Shown here piece after piece: positions 50,265-62,279 of a DNA stretch of 64,000 bases. The stretch comes from Mobula hypostoma. Its lineage: Eukaryota. The stretch lies in contig NC_086097.1 of NCBI RefSeq assembly GCF_963921235.1, positions 252,342,001-252,406,000 of the forward strand, written 5' to 3'. Position numbers and translations under genes: made by a program. Position 1 is the first letter of the stretch, and each line of letters begins with the position of its first letter. The notes beneath the pieces are model-generated. The model had not been told where the DNA came from and did no database searches. It saw only the letters and a list, made by a program, of their open reading frames with translations.

Positions 50265-51820
50265 AAGACATAGAGCAGAAATAGGCCATTCAGCCCATCG
50301 AGTCCACTCTGCGATTCCATCATGGCTGATCCAGAATTCCACTCAACTCCATACAACTGTCCTCTCACCATATCCTTTGATGCCCTGACTAATCAAGAAA
50401 CTATCAACTTCTGCCTTAAAGATACCCACAGACTTGGCCTCTACCACAATCCGTGGTAGAGCATTCCACAGATTTACTACTCTCTGCCTAAAAAAAATTC
50501 CTCCTTACCTCTTTTCTAAAGGGTCGCCCTCAATTTTGAGGCTGTGCCTTGTAGTTCTGGGTAGCCACATTAGAGTAAACACCTTCTCCACATCCATACT
50601 ATCTAGTCCTTTCAACATTCGGAAGGTTTCAATGAGATCCCCATACATTCTTCTCAATTCCAGTGAGTACAGGACCAAAGCTGCCAGGTGCTCCTCATAT
50701 GTTAACCCCTTCATTCCCAGAATCATCCTTGAAAACCACCTCTGGTTCTCTATAATGACAGCACATCAGGGAGTGAAAAACTGTAGACGATACTCCAAAT
50801 GCAGCCTGACTTTTGTTTTATAAAGGCTCAGCATTATCTCCTTGCATTTATATTCTATTCCCCTTTATTCCCCTTGAAATAAATGCTAACATTGCACTTT
50901 TCTTCTTTACCATAGACACAACCTGTAAATTAACCTTCTGGGAGACTTACACAAGAACGCCTAAGTCCCTCTGCACCTCTGTTGTTTAAACCTTCTCCCC
51001 ATTTAGATAATAGTCTCCTATTGTTCATTCTACCAAAATGCATTATCATACATTTCCCAACAGTGTATTCCATCTGCCACATTTTTGCCCATTCCTCCAA
51101 TTTGTCTAAGTCCTGCTGTAATCGCATTGCTTCCTCAGCACTACCTACCCCTCCAGCTATTCATATCATCCGCAAACTTTGCCACAAAGCCACGAATTCC
51201 ACTATCTAAATCATTGACAAACAATGTGAAAAGAAGCGGTCCGAATACTGACCGCTGAGGAACACCACCAGTCACCGCCAGACAACCAGATAAAGCCCCT
51301 TCTATTCCCTCTTGCTGCCTAATGTGTGTCAGCCATCCTGCTATCCATGCCAGTATCTTTCCTGTAACATCATAGGATTTTGAGCAGTGTCATGTGTCGC
51401 GCATGATCAAATGCCTTCTGAAAATTTAAGTAAATGGCACCCACTTCCTCTCCTTTGTCCAAACTGTTTGTTACTTTAAAGAACTCTAACAGATTTGTCA
51501 GGAAAGATTTCCCTTTACAGAAACTATGCTGACACTGACTTATTTTATCATTAGTCTGCAAGTACCCCAACACCGCTTCCTTAATAACATACAGAATTAC
51601 AACACTTTTCCAACCACTGGCATTAGGCTAACTGGCCTATAATTTCCTTTCTTTTGCCTTCCTCACTTCAAAAGGAGTGACATTATTTTCAATCTTTCAG
51701 TCTTCTGGGACCATGCCAGAATTAAGTGATTATTGAAAGTTCATTACTAATCCATCAGTGATCTCTTCAGCAACCTCTGTCAGGACCCTGGGATGTAGTC
51801 CATCTACCCCAGGTGAATTG
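50265..51820 (-). mobile_element. CR1 fragment (RT to 3' tail)
   Basis: It is supported by ORFs 50505-50726, 50930-51127 and 51370-51573, and by SPGVDGLHPRVL. Confidence 0.88.
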
Positions 51821-51829
51821 GATCCAAGA

Positions 51830-52335
51830 TTATGTGATCGGACGGCCTGGAGGGAGCTGTACATGGTGTCTGAGCCCATGCTTGTATAAAGGGATGGTGC
51901 GGAGGGAGCATCACTCTGTGTCTGACCCTTGGAGTGTATAATAGGATGGTGCGGTGGGAATTTCACCCTGTGTTTGACCCTGAGAGTGTCTGGTGGGACG
52001 GTGGGGCTTCACACGGTGTTTGACCCTGATAATGTGTGATGGAATTGTACAGAGGGAACTTCACTTTGTACCTGACTGGGGAGTGTGTGACGGGACGTTG
52101 CAGATGGAGCTTCAAACCGTGTCTCATCCGGCGAGTGTGTGAAGGGACGATGTGGAGGAAGCTTCTCCCTGTATCTGATGGATCAAAGTGGACAGAGCTT
52201 CATCTTGTGTCTGACTCGGAGAGTGTGTGACTGGAAAGTGTGGTGGGAGCTTCTCTCTGTGTCTGACGCCAGGAGTGTGTGGTTGGACAATGTGAAAGAA
52301 GTTTCACCCTGTCTCTGACCCAGGAAGTGAGTGAT
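51830..52335. repeat. Degenerate tandem repeat of about 52 bp (CTGTGTCTGACCC.GGGAGTGTGTGATGGGACGGTGTGGAGGGAGCTTCACT), about 9-10 copies
   Basis: The blocks TGTGTCTGACC, GGAGTGTGTGA and GGAGCTTC recur at a spacing of about 50 bp. Confidence 0.85.
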
Positions 52336-52337
52336 GC

Positions 52338-53824
52338 ATCATCAATGGGGACGGAAGAGGTTCCAGAGGATTGGATAGCCCAGGAAGTTATAGACCAGTA
52401 AGTCTTACCTCAGTGGTTGGTAAGTTGATGGAGAAGATCCTGAGAGGCAGGATTTATGAACATTTGGAGAGGTATAATATGATTAGGAGTAGTCAGCATG
52501 GCTTTGTCAAGGGCAGGTTGTGCCTTACAAGCCTGATTGAATTTTTTGAGGATGTGCTAAACACATTGAAGAAAGAGCAGTAGATGTTGTGAATATGGAT
52601 TTCAGCAAGGCATTTGGTAAGGTGGCCCATGCAAGGCTTTTTGAGAAGTTAAGGAGGCATGGAATCCAAGAGGACATTGCTTTGTGGATCCAGAACTGGC
52701 TTGCCCACAGAAGGCAAAGAGTGGTTGTAGACGAGTCATATTCTACATTACACATCAAAGTTGCTGATAAACGCAGCAGGCCAGGCAGTATCTCTAGGAA
52801 GAGGTACAGTCGACTTTGGTGTGTGTTGTTTGAATTTCCAGCATCTGCAGAATTCCTCGTGTTTGGGTTTTCATATTCTGCATGTAGGCCGGTGACCAGT
52901 GTGCCTCGGATCTGTTCTGGGACCCTTACTCCTTGTGATTTTTATAAATGATCTGGATGAGGAAGTGGAGGGATGGGTTAGTAAATTTGCTGATGATACA
53001 AAGGTTGGAGGTGTTGTGGATAGTGTGGAGGGCTGTCAGAGGTTACAGTGGGACATTGGTAGGATGCAAAACTGGGCTGAGAAGTGGCAGATGGAGTTCA
53101 ACCCAGATAAGTGTGAAGTGGTTCATTTTGGTAGGACAAATATGATGGCAGAATATAGTATTAATGGTAAGACTTGGCAGTGTGGAGGATCAGAGGGATG
53201 TTGGGGTCCGAGTCCATAGGAGCTGTGCAGATTGACTCTGTGGTTAAGAAGGCATACAGTGCATTGGCCTTCATCAATCGTGGAACTGAATTTAGGAGCC
53301 GAGGGATAATGTTGCAGCAAAATGGGACCCTGGTCAGACCCCACTTGGAGTACTGTGCTCAGTTCTGGTCGCCTCACTACAGGAACGATGTGGAAACCAT
53401 AGAAAGGGTGCAGAGGAGATTTACAAAGATGTTGCCTGGATTGGGGAGCATGCCTTATGAGAATAGGTTGAGTGAACTCGGCCTTTTCTCCTTGGAGCGA
53501 CGGAGGATGAGAGGTGACATGATAGAGGTGTATATGATGATGAGAGGCATTGATCGTGTGGATAGTCAGAGGCTTTTTCCCAGGGCTGAAATTGTTGCTA
53601 CAAGAGGACACAGGTTTAAGGTGCTGGGGTGTAGGTACAGAGGAGACATCAGGGATAAGTTTTTTACTCAGAGGTGGCGGAGGCGGATACGATAGGGCTT
53701 TTTAAGAGACCCCTGGACAGGTACATGGAGTTTAGTAAAATAGAGGGCTATAGGTAAGCCTAGTAATTCTAAGGTAGGGACATGTTCAGCACAACTCTGA
53801 GGGTTGAAGGGCCTGTATTGTGCT
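52338..53824 (+). mobile_element. CR1 fragment (RT to 3' tail) with a Penelope-repeat insertion at 52749-52870
   Basis: It is supported by ORFs 52371-53695 (SYRPVSLTS, SKFADDTK, RPHLEYCAQFWSP). The tail is GTTTTCTATGTTTCTA. Confidence 0.9.
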
Positions 53825-54239
53825 GTAGGTTTTCTATGTTTCTAAGAAGTCCTGAGAGCTCGAGCAGAATTATAAACCGAAGTGATTCTAGGGTGTAGTC
53901 CAGTCCTGGACCATTGAGACTTTTTAAAAACAAGTAAGAGAACTTTTAAAATCAATTTTAAAAGATGCAGGAAGTCAATTCAGAGTAGCTCGGATGGGAA
54001 TGATGTGTTCCTTCTCCTAGTTTTGGTTAAAAGTTTAACAGCAGCGTTCTGAATGAGTTAGTTTGTCAATAGATTGCTTTGGAAGTCCAGTTAAAAGTGC
54101 ACTGTAATAATCTAGTCTATTCAGTATAAAAGCGCGAATAGGCTTATCAGCATCATTACGTGACAGAAACAGGTGTACCTTTGTAATATTTATTAATCTG
54201 GGTTGACATTGGTACTACAGTAATTAGATTGGTTGTCTT

Positions 54240-54490
54240 TGGGACATTAAACCTTGACAGTCTGTCTTGGATTGTTTTTTTTCAAGAGCTGGGGAGTTAT
54301 TCCTGGTGTTCTAGGCAACGCCAATCCCTCACTCAATATTACTAACAAAAATGATCAAGCTATGAATATGTTGCTGCTTATGGGAGCCAGTCTGTGGGAA
54401 ATTTCCGGAGTTTAGAACTGTTTTTGTTGAGAGGTAACAAGTGTATCCTCCAAAGTTGTGACAGTGAAAATGAAAAACTATAGGTCAGTC
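54240..54490 (+). mobile_element. Old DeuSINE (SacSINE1-like) remnant
   Basis: AAGAGCTGGGGAGTTATTCCTGGTGTTCTAGGCAA..ATCCCTCA..GTTGCTGCTTATGGGAG resembles the Deu core and 3' region. Recognised by eye only. Confidence 0.55.
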
Positions 54491-55449
54491 TGCCTGAATC
54501 TGTAAATAACAATTAGTAACTGGGTACCTGGCAAATAAGTTTAGACAGAGGCAGAGTGAATTGGTAAAAGGACCGCCATGATTGATTGATTTATTTAGAG
54601 GTACAATGCAGAGCAGACCCTTGCAACCCAAATGAACCACATTACCCAGCTACCAACCTAGCCTAATCACAGGACAACTTGGGTACTAACTGGTACACCT
54701 TTGGACTGTGGGAGGAAACCAGAGAACCCAAAGGAAACCCATGCAGTTAACAGAGAGAGCGTACAAACTCCTTACAGATGGGTGCCAGAATTGCAGTGAT
54801 CTGTAACAGCACAGTGCTAACCACTATGCTACAGGGGCATCCCATTTTTGACATCTAGATTGTTTTGAAGTTGAAATTAGCTCAATCATTAGTAAGTATT
54901 TGGATAATTGGAAGACCTTTGATAGAATGACACAGATAAGGTTAATTAAACCTCAATCATACATTAATTTTTAATAATAGGCAAAAACCATAGAAATAAA
55001 AGCAACACACAAAATGCTGGAGGAACTCGGCAGGCCAAGCAGCATCCATGGAAAAGAGTAAACAAGTAGTGCAATAAGTTTTTTCTTAAAAAAGAAAGTG
55101 TTTGGTAAGAAATCTGGTGGAGGGATAGAAGCTGTTGAGTGTGCATCTTCAGGCTCCTGTACCTGTTTCCTGCAGCAATAAGAGGGCATGTCCTGGGTGA
55201 TGGGGGTCTTTAATGATGGGTGACACCTTTTGAAGGTGGCCTTGATGCTGGGAAGACCAGTGCCCACGATGGAGCTGGCTGAGTTTACAATTTTCTGCAG
55301 TTTTTCTGAGTGCAGTGGCCCCTCCATATCAGACAGTGATGCAACCCGTTTGAAAGCTCTCCAAGCAATATGCAGTTACAGCAAGCATTTGGCACGACAA
55401 ATGACAACGTTGGCATAATTACAGCTGGTTCTCTACTTCCTCACTTGTA

Positions 55450-56482
55450 GATCCCAGTCAGTTCAACATCTCCATAATCTTCATTAGCATAGATGCACCA
55501 CAAGGCTGCGTTCTTAGCCCCCTGTTCCACTTGCTTTACACCTGTGACTGAGGCTAAGCACAGCTTCAATGCCATATTCAGGTTTACTGATGACACCACT
55601 GACATAGACTGATTCAAAGGTGGTGATGAATCTACATATAGGGGGGAGATTGAAAATCTGGTTGAGTGGTGTCACAACATCATCAATGAGCAACGCCAAG
55701 AAGCTGATTATTGACTTCAGGAGTAGGAAACTGGAGTCCATGAGACATTCCTCATCAGGAGATCAGAGGTGGAGAGGGTCAGCAACTTCAGATTTCTCAG
55801 TGTTAGACCTGTCCTGGGCCCGGCACAATGGTGCCGTTACGAAGAAAGCACATCAGCGCCTCCACTTCCTTAGAAGTTTGTGAAGGTTTGGCATGAAATC
55901 TAAAACTTTGATAAACTTCTATAGATGTGTGGTGGAGAGTACATTGGTTGCCTCACAATCTGGCATAGAAATACCTTATACGAAAAAGCCTACATAAAGT
56001 AGTGGATATGGTCCAGCCCTTCCTACCATTGAGCACACTACATGGAGTGCTATTGCATGAAAAAGCATCCATCACCAGGGACCCCACCACCCAAGTTCTC
56101 TTCTCACTGCTGCCATCAGGAAGGATGTACAGGAGCCTCAGGACTCACCACCACCAGGTTCAGGAACAATTATTACCCCTCAATCATTAGGTTCTTCAAC
56201 CAAAGGGGATAACTTCACTCAACTTCACTTGCCCCATCACTGAACTGTTCCCGCAACCTATGGACTCTTCATCTTGTGTTCTTTATTATAACCTATTATT
56301 ATTATTTTTTTTATTTTTTTGTATTTGCATCATTTGTTGTCTTTTGCACATAGATTGACTGTCCTTTTTTGTGTGGTCTTTCATTGATTCTATTGTGTAT
56401 CTTCTATAAATGCCTGCAAGGAAATGAATCTTAGGTTTGTGTATGGTGGCGTGTATGTAATTTGATAAATGTACTTTGAACG
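55450..56482 (+). mobile_element. Rex1/Babar-type LINE 3' fragment
   Basis: Motifs APQGCVLSP, KKAHQRLHFLRSL and FSLLPSGRMYRSL are present, with a TACTTTGAAC tail. Confidence 0.8.
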
Positions 56483-56619
56483 TTAGTTGAATGTTTCATC
56501 CCCGGTGCAGTACCTTGCTTTGTCACTTATTTTCTCCTGCCCTACTGCAGTGATATCCTTGGTGGGTGCTATGTTTTGTTTAGCTGCTGTTTTGCCTTTT
56601 GAAGAGGATTGCTAAAACC

Positions 56620-56638
56620 TTTAATTTTTCCCTTGCAG
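56620..56638 (+). promoter_or_regulatory. Splice acceptor of the PLEKHF2 coding exon
   Basis: TTTAATTTTTCCCTTGCAG| lies 8 nt before the ATG. The exon would start at 56639. Confidence 0.8.
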
Positions 56639-56646
56639 AAAACAAG

Positions 56647-57393
56647 ATGGTGGACCGCTTGGCAAACAGTGAGGCAAATGCTCGGCGCATTGGCATGGTG
56701 GAGAGCTGCTTCGGAGCAGCTGGGCAGCCCCTAACCATACCAGGTCGGGTACTCATAGGTGAGGGAGTTCTTACAAAGCTCTGTCGGAAGAAGCCGAAAG
56801 CCAGGCAGTTTTTCTTGTTCAACGACATCCTTGTCTACGGTAATATTGTCATCCAAAAGAAGAGATATAACAAGCAGCATATTATTCCTTTGGAAAACGT
56901 TACCATTGATTCCATTGAAGATGATGGTGATCTGCGTAATGGCTGGCTCATTAAAACTCCAACCAAGTCCTTTGCTGTCTATGCTGCCACAGCTACTGAG
57001 AAATCGGAGTGGATGAATCACATCAATAAGTGTGTCACAGATTTGCTGTCAAAAAGTGGAAAAGTGCCCAATAGTGAGCACGCTGCGGTCTGGGTTCCTG
57101 ATTCTGAGGCAAATATATGCATGCGCTGTCAGAAAGTTAAATTCACCCCGGTCAGCCGTCGACATCACTGCCGCAAATGTGGATTTGTTGTGTGTGGGCC
57201 TTGTTCAGAAAAAAGATTCCTTCTGCCCAGCCAGTCTTCCAAACCAGTGCGTGTGTGCTCTTTCTGTTTTGATATGCTTTCCACTGGACAACTGACTGCA
57301 ACTCTCCCAAATCGTTCCGAGTTTTACCGTGGATCCCTTCAGTCCCCTAGAAATCTATCTGATGAAGACGACGATGATGACAGCAGCGATTGA
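56647..57393 (+). CDS. PLEKHF2: Pleckstrin homology domain-containing family F member 2 (Phafin2), 248 aa
   Basis: The N-terminus is MVDRLANSEANARRI. It has a PH domain (GEGVLTKLCRKKPKARQFFLFNDILVYG..EKSEWMNHI), a FYVE domain (WVPD, RRHHCRKCG, RVC) and an acidic tail DEDDDDDSSD. The Kozak context AAGATGG is strong. Confidence 0.97.
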   Translation: MVDRLANSEANARRIGMVESCFGAAGQPLTIPGRVLIGEGVLTKLCRKKPKARQFFLFNDILVYGNIVIQKKRYNKQHIIPLENVTIDSIEDDGDLRNGWLIKTPTKSFAVYAATATEKSEWMNHINKCVTDLLSKSGKVPNSEHAAVWVPDSEANICMRCQKVKFTPVSRRHHCRKCGFVVCGPCSEKRFLLPSQSSKPVRVCSFCFDMLSTGQLTATLPNRSEFYRGSLQSPRNLSDEDDDDDSSD

Positions 57394-60300
57394 AAGTGAA
57401 ATATCGGCTTTGGTATTTAAGTAAAACTGTTTCTGAGGTCTGTTAACTTCCCTCAATGACTTCTGACTTTAGCCATAAGCTATACCTGCTAACCTTAAAA
57501 GAAAACTTGTGCCTAAAACTTCAATATACTAATGATATTTGCTCTTCTGCAGGGATGCATTGCTGACCGCAAATCAAAATTCATAGGCTGGTTGTAACCA
57601 TGATCTCTCTAGTTACTTGATTTGCTTACAGTACGTAGAGAATAAATACGTCATATTCCTCGTGGTTTGTATTCTGTTGTATTTTCCCTCAAGTTTGAAA
57701 TGAAATATTTTGTCAATAAAAAGCCCTCAATACTGCAAGTTTGAAATTAAATATCACATAAATTAAAAGAAAACTTAAATACTGCTCAAATGATTTCAGA
57801 GGAGTTTGAAATTTGATACAATTGGAATAGGATGTCTAGCAGATTTGTTAAACCAGATATCATTGACTCTTGAATTTTAATATTGCCCAGTTTTTACACA
57901 CACAAGGATCTGCTTAGTAGTTGTGGTGTGATTCATTATACTGTGCTGCAGTGGAAATCAGCGACTAAGCGATGAATGTCTTCACATTGTGCACTTCAAA
58001 TTGAGACCCGAACAAGGGAGGTGTTTGTTGAAAATTATTTCTCCCTTCAAAGAAAGTCACCTGTTCCTTGTAGTTTAAAAAAAACACATTTTAAAGAGCT
58101 CAATTGGAAATGGTGAGAAAATTTACAGTCTGCTTTTTTTTTCAAGTAATTACAAAACCATTTCATTAAATGTCACTAATTTTCATACAATTACTTTTGA
58201 AAATTAATGTTTTAATATTTGATCTTCAATGGTTATAGAATGTTTTTGTTGTAGTTACATTTTAAATTAAACTTTTACTCAAGAAACAATTTATAATGTT
58301 CTAGTTCACATTAACAAGATTGCTTCTGTGCACTCGATTTTTCCAGTTGCTCCTGTGCACTTGAGTTTGTTAATTTCTTGAAGGCTTGTTATTATTTAGA
58401 ATGGGAGAAGGGTTAAAAATTGACTAAACATTGGCTCTTAGTTTGTAGAGTTTTTTCACTCCGTCAATCTCCCTGCCGTGTTCCTTTGTTTGGCACATCT
58501 AATACCTTAGCTGACACTTTGATTTATGTTTGAGCAAAAGTGAATTAATGAACTGTGTTGCCTTTCTGTACTGACTAGCTGAAAAACAGGATAGGAAAAT
58601 TGGAAATTCACTGACTATCTTCTGTGTTCAGGAGCAAATGGTTTGTCACGGTCACTTTTATAATCACAAATTTGAAATACTGAAGTTTGGGTATCAGTGT
58701 GATCCTGGTGTGTGTGTGTGTGTCATCCAGTTAACTGAAGTGCTCATTGTTGGATTAAACCTCATTAAATTTGAGGGCTTTTAAGAATTTCACTTCAAAC
58801 ATTGATTTGTAAGGTTATGGACTGATCTTGCTTATTAGTAAGATTAATCCCAAGGCAAATAGCTAAGAGTGTTAAATACGTGATTGCAAGCTGCATACGA
58901 TGAAAATCTAATAAAAACAATGCTAAAATTTGCAATTTTAGCACCTCAGGCAGCACCTCTGAAGAAATTTGTGCTTTGAGTTGATAACTTTCATTAGAAC
59001 TGATGGAAATTACCAGGATGGAACGTTAATTTTCTTTCTCTGTAAAGAGATGCCGACAGTTTTTCTGGTGTATTGTATTTTCTTTAGTTTTTCTGAGCAA
59101 TTTGATATGGTTTGTAGTTGAGTAATTGGTCAATCTGAAGTTGATAGTTTCTTTAGAGAATGTGGTTTGTCTTGACGTAACCGTAATGCAAAAAAAATCA
59201 GATTTGTTGCCCACCAGTGATGTTTTGCGTTTACTTTTAAGACAGTCTTGTGCAGATCTGTTCTTTCACTTTTGATTTTTGTAAACAAATTAATTTTTTA
59301 AAGTAGCCAAAATCAAATTCATAGTGCTGTCATATTCATAATGTTTGTGTAACATATGATGCAAGTTTGATAAATGGCTTGTTCAGTAGAAAATATACAC
59401 TTTTTCTTCCCCAAAAAAACTAACATATGGTAGCTGACTTAATGAGAGAAAACATTTGTTACAAAAGACAATGATAGTGATAGCAGAGTTCCAGTTAATC
59501 TCCCAGTGTAGTTCCTACACAACTCTGGTTTGTGTTCAGTGACCTAGATATACTGAAGTCACTATCCATTGTGATACTGCGGCTTTCTTTGTGGTCATGT
59601 CAAAGATGCACCTAAACATGTCATATCTGTTCAGACCTTATCCATCCTCTTATCTCTGACCAAACCAACCTCGTGATTCACATTTCTGACCCACTGCTAA
59701 ACCACTTGTGTTTACGCCTGCTGATTAGACCTTGGGTTGGGGTTTATGGGTTTGGTGATAATTGATTATATTTGTAGCTGGCTGTTGTGAGGAAAAGAAA
59801 GCGAACGGTATACTCAATTCTTGTGTGCTGGCACGTGCTGAATTCTTGTTTGCTGAAAGATGAAACCTGCCAAGTGCAATTTTTTATGGTTAGAATTAAA
59901 TTCCTCTAAGTTCCTTTGCCATTACAAAGCTGGGCATATTCCCCTCGTGTTTGTGTTGAGCTAATGTGGCATAACACTGATTTAATGTTTAACTACCCTG
60001 TTTTCCTTCCCTTTGTATTTAGTCTGTAATAATGCAAAGAAATTTTTTTAAATATTCCAACTATTCTCTTTTGACACTGCATCACAAGCATTGAATGATC
60101 TGCCATTCAATTGGCTCCTTCTCTGTCTCTGTATTTAACTATACAAATGTGCCTTATTGGGCTTAAATGGGTATATATATCGTGGCTGGACATGAGACAA
60201 TTTATCCGTGAATGAGATTGATCCTATTAAACTAACTCTGTCTACATCTGTAAAATGCAGAAATAATCATACACTGAAAATCTTTACTCAGCATGTTCCG

Positions 60301-61620
60301 ATGTACCAATAACCTGCATTTCAATAGTGCTTGTGAACTACATTGCAACGTAGTTCTTGATACCTCTGCATTCACAGCTACCTTTAGGTGCTCAAGTCTT
60401 AATGTGGCACAACTGCACGTCAGCTGAACTTCTAAAGATTACATTGGCCTGCAATCCTGAGAAACAACTTTGTTAGTTGTTTGTGGTGGCTCAGCAAGTG
60501 AATTCTATGAATCTGTAGAAAAAGTTCTTTGTATCTTTTGTACAACTCTTAACATGTTCCTTATTGATAAAAACTTGTTACTTCCAGCTACAGTCATCTA
60601 TTGATTAAACTTTGCAGCAATGAAATATGTCCTCAAATTGAAGTACGAAAATCTTGATTTCTCAAGCTAACATTCTCAGGAAAAATCAGTGCTCAAAGGG
60701 CACATATTTTAAGATTTATAAAAACAAAAGTGAACTTGATTTCTATCGTCTCTTTTGACTTCTGGCTTACAGATTTGATCTAGAAATTGCTTTAAAATTA
60801 TTTTGTCGAGCTCTCTTTTTGTACAATATACTTTTTCTCCCCAAGTTTGGCACTTTATTTTTGCTGACAGCAGATTTGTATCTTCAGTAAAGATCTTTTA
60901 AGTATAAATGTGATGTCTTGTGTTTTGAAGTTGTTTCTTGCATCTGTCGAAGCTGAGGTTTGCACTATACTGCACTGAGTTGGAAGGTTTCAATGACATC
61001 TCTCAACTTTTTAAATACAGTATGAACAACTTATTTACAGTTTAATGATCAAAGAACCTATTCCTTTTTGGATTGTATATGTTGGTGTGAAATGCCTCCA
61101 GTTCCTCATTTTCCAAGTTCCAAGTTTAGAGATTTTACTGTGTATTCTTGGTGATGTCTAAACAATATGAAAGGGCTCAGTATTTTGTAACAGATATATA
61201 TTTTGTTACATAATATATTGTATTGCTTAACTAAAATTTATTGGATATCAAACACTAATACCAAATTGTTAAAGTAGAATGCATATTAAATTGCATCTAA
61301 AATTGCCCATCTTCATACCTTTATAGTCGTTTTTAGTGTCTCGGTACTCTAAAATAGCAGTGTTTCCAGTTGTACAGTTATCCCGGGACTTTTACTGTCT
61401 TTCTTAGAATCATTCCTTTTTTTTCTTATTCTGCAGTGCAAGGCACTATGTAACCTGCTCCATCACATTTGAGTTCTGAGAATGAAAACTATTTCCATTG
61501 CAAATTATTGGGGACGTGGTGGTGGTGGTGGGGGAACAAATATACCCATGTTGGTTAGGAAAACTGTCTTTAAATTTGTCTTCTAAATGGAACTAATAAA
61601 CTGATTATAATATTTCTGTA
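57394..61620 (+). other. PLEKHF2: Probable long PLEKHF2 3'UTR with several candidate poly(A) signals
   Basis: The region is AT-rich and nearly repeat-free. AATAAA occurs at 57641, 57715, 58910 and 61595, and ATTAAA at 61285. Confidence 0.55.
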
Positions 61621-61734
61621 TTAGACTTGGTAATTTCTTGCTGCAAACCTGAAACACACATTCTGCATTTTCTTTCTACGTTCAACAGTGCAAAAGCATT
61701 TGCAATTGAAATTACTACCCTAATGGATTTTCCA

Positions 61735-62075
61735 GACCGTAGGACATAGGAGCAGAATTAGGCCATTCAGCCCATCGAGTCTGCCATCATGGCTGTTTTA
61801 TTATCCCTCTCAACACCATTCTCCTGTCTTCTCTCCTAACCCCACTCATTAAATATACCCATTAAATATACCCTCAACAGCCGTTTGTGATGATGAATTC
61901 CATAGTTTCACTACCCTCTGGATAAAGAAATCCCTCCTCATCTCAGTTCTAAAGAGATGTCCTTGCATTCTGAGTCAGTGCCCTCTGATCCTAGACTTCT
62001 CCACTATAGGAAACTTCCTCTCCACATCCACTCTGTCTAGGCCTTTCAATGTTCAATAGATTTCAGTGAGATCTC
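61735..62075 (-). mobile_element. CR1 3'-end fragment
   Basis: It has the tail GACATAGGAGCAGAATTAGGCCATTCAGCCCATCGAGTCTGC and a reversed RT C-terminal region. Confidence 0.8.
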
Positions 62076-62279
62076 TGAGATTGGCTTGCTTTGCTCAGTC
62101 ATTTTATATTAATAATTTAAATAGGTAGAATTTGGATGAACTCTGAAATAAGTGTTTTGTGAAGTTGTTATTTAATGGGTGTGTTTCTAGTTCACCATCT
62201 GATTTATGATGGACAATGAATCCATGAACACTACCTCACTTTTTACTTTTTATATTAATATTTTTATTATTATGTATTG

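Larger units (their letters stand above)
49630..54200 (-). mobile_element. L2-clade LINE 3' fragment in two pieces (about 49630-50010 and 53825-54200), split by a nest of younger repeats
   Basis: The minus strand of 53850-54160 gives AFILNRLDYYSALLTGLP..QNAA-like L2 C-terminal motifs, which continue at about 49970 toward a 3' tail. Confidence 0.6.

Noticed and set aside
56599..56646. 16-aa N-terminal extension of PLEKHF2 in the ORF track
   Set aside because: It starts at a non-ATG codon and runs through the polypyrimidine tract and acceptor. The conserved protein starts at MVDRL (56647).
56731..57295. Alternative-frame and antisense ORFs within the PLEKHF2 CDS
   Set aside because: They are short shadow ORFs with no independent support.
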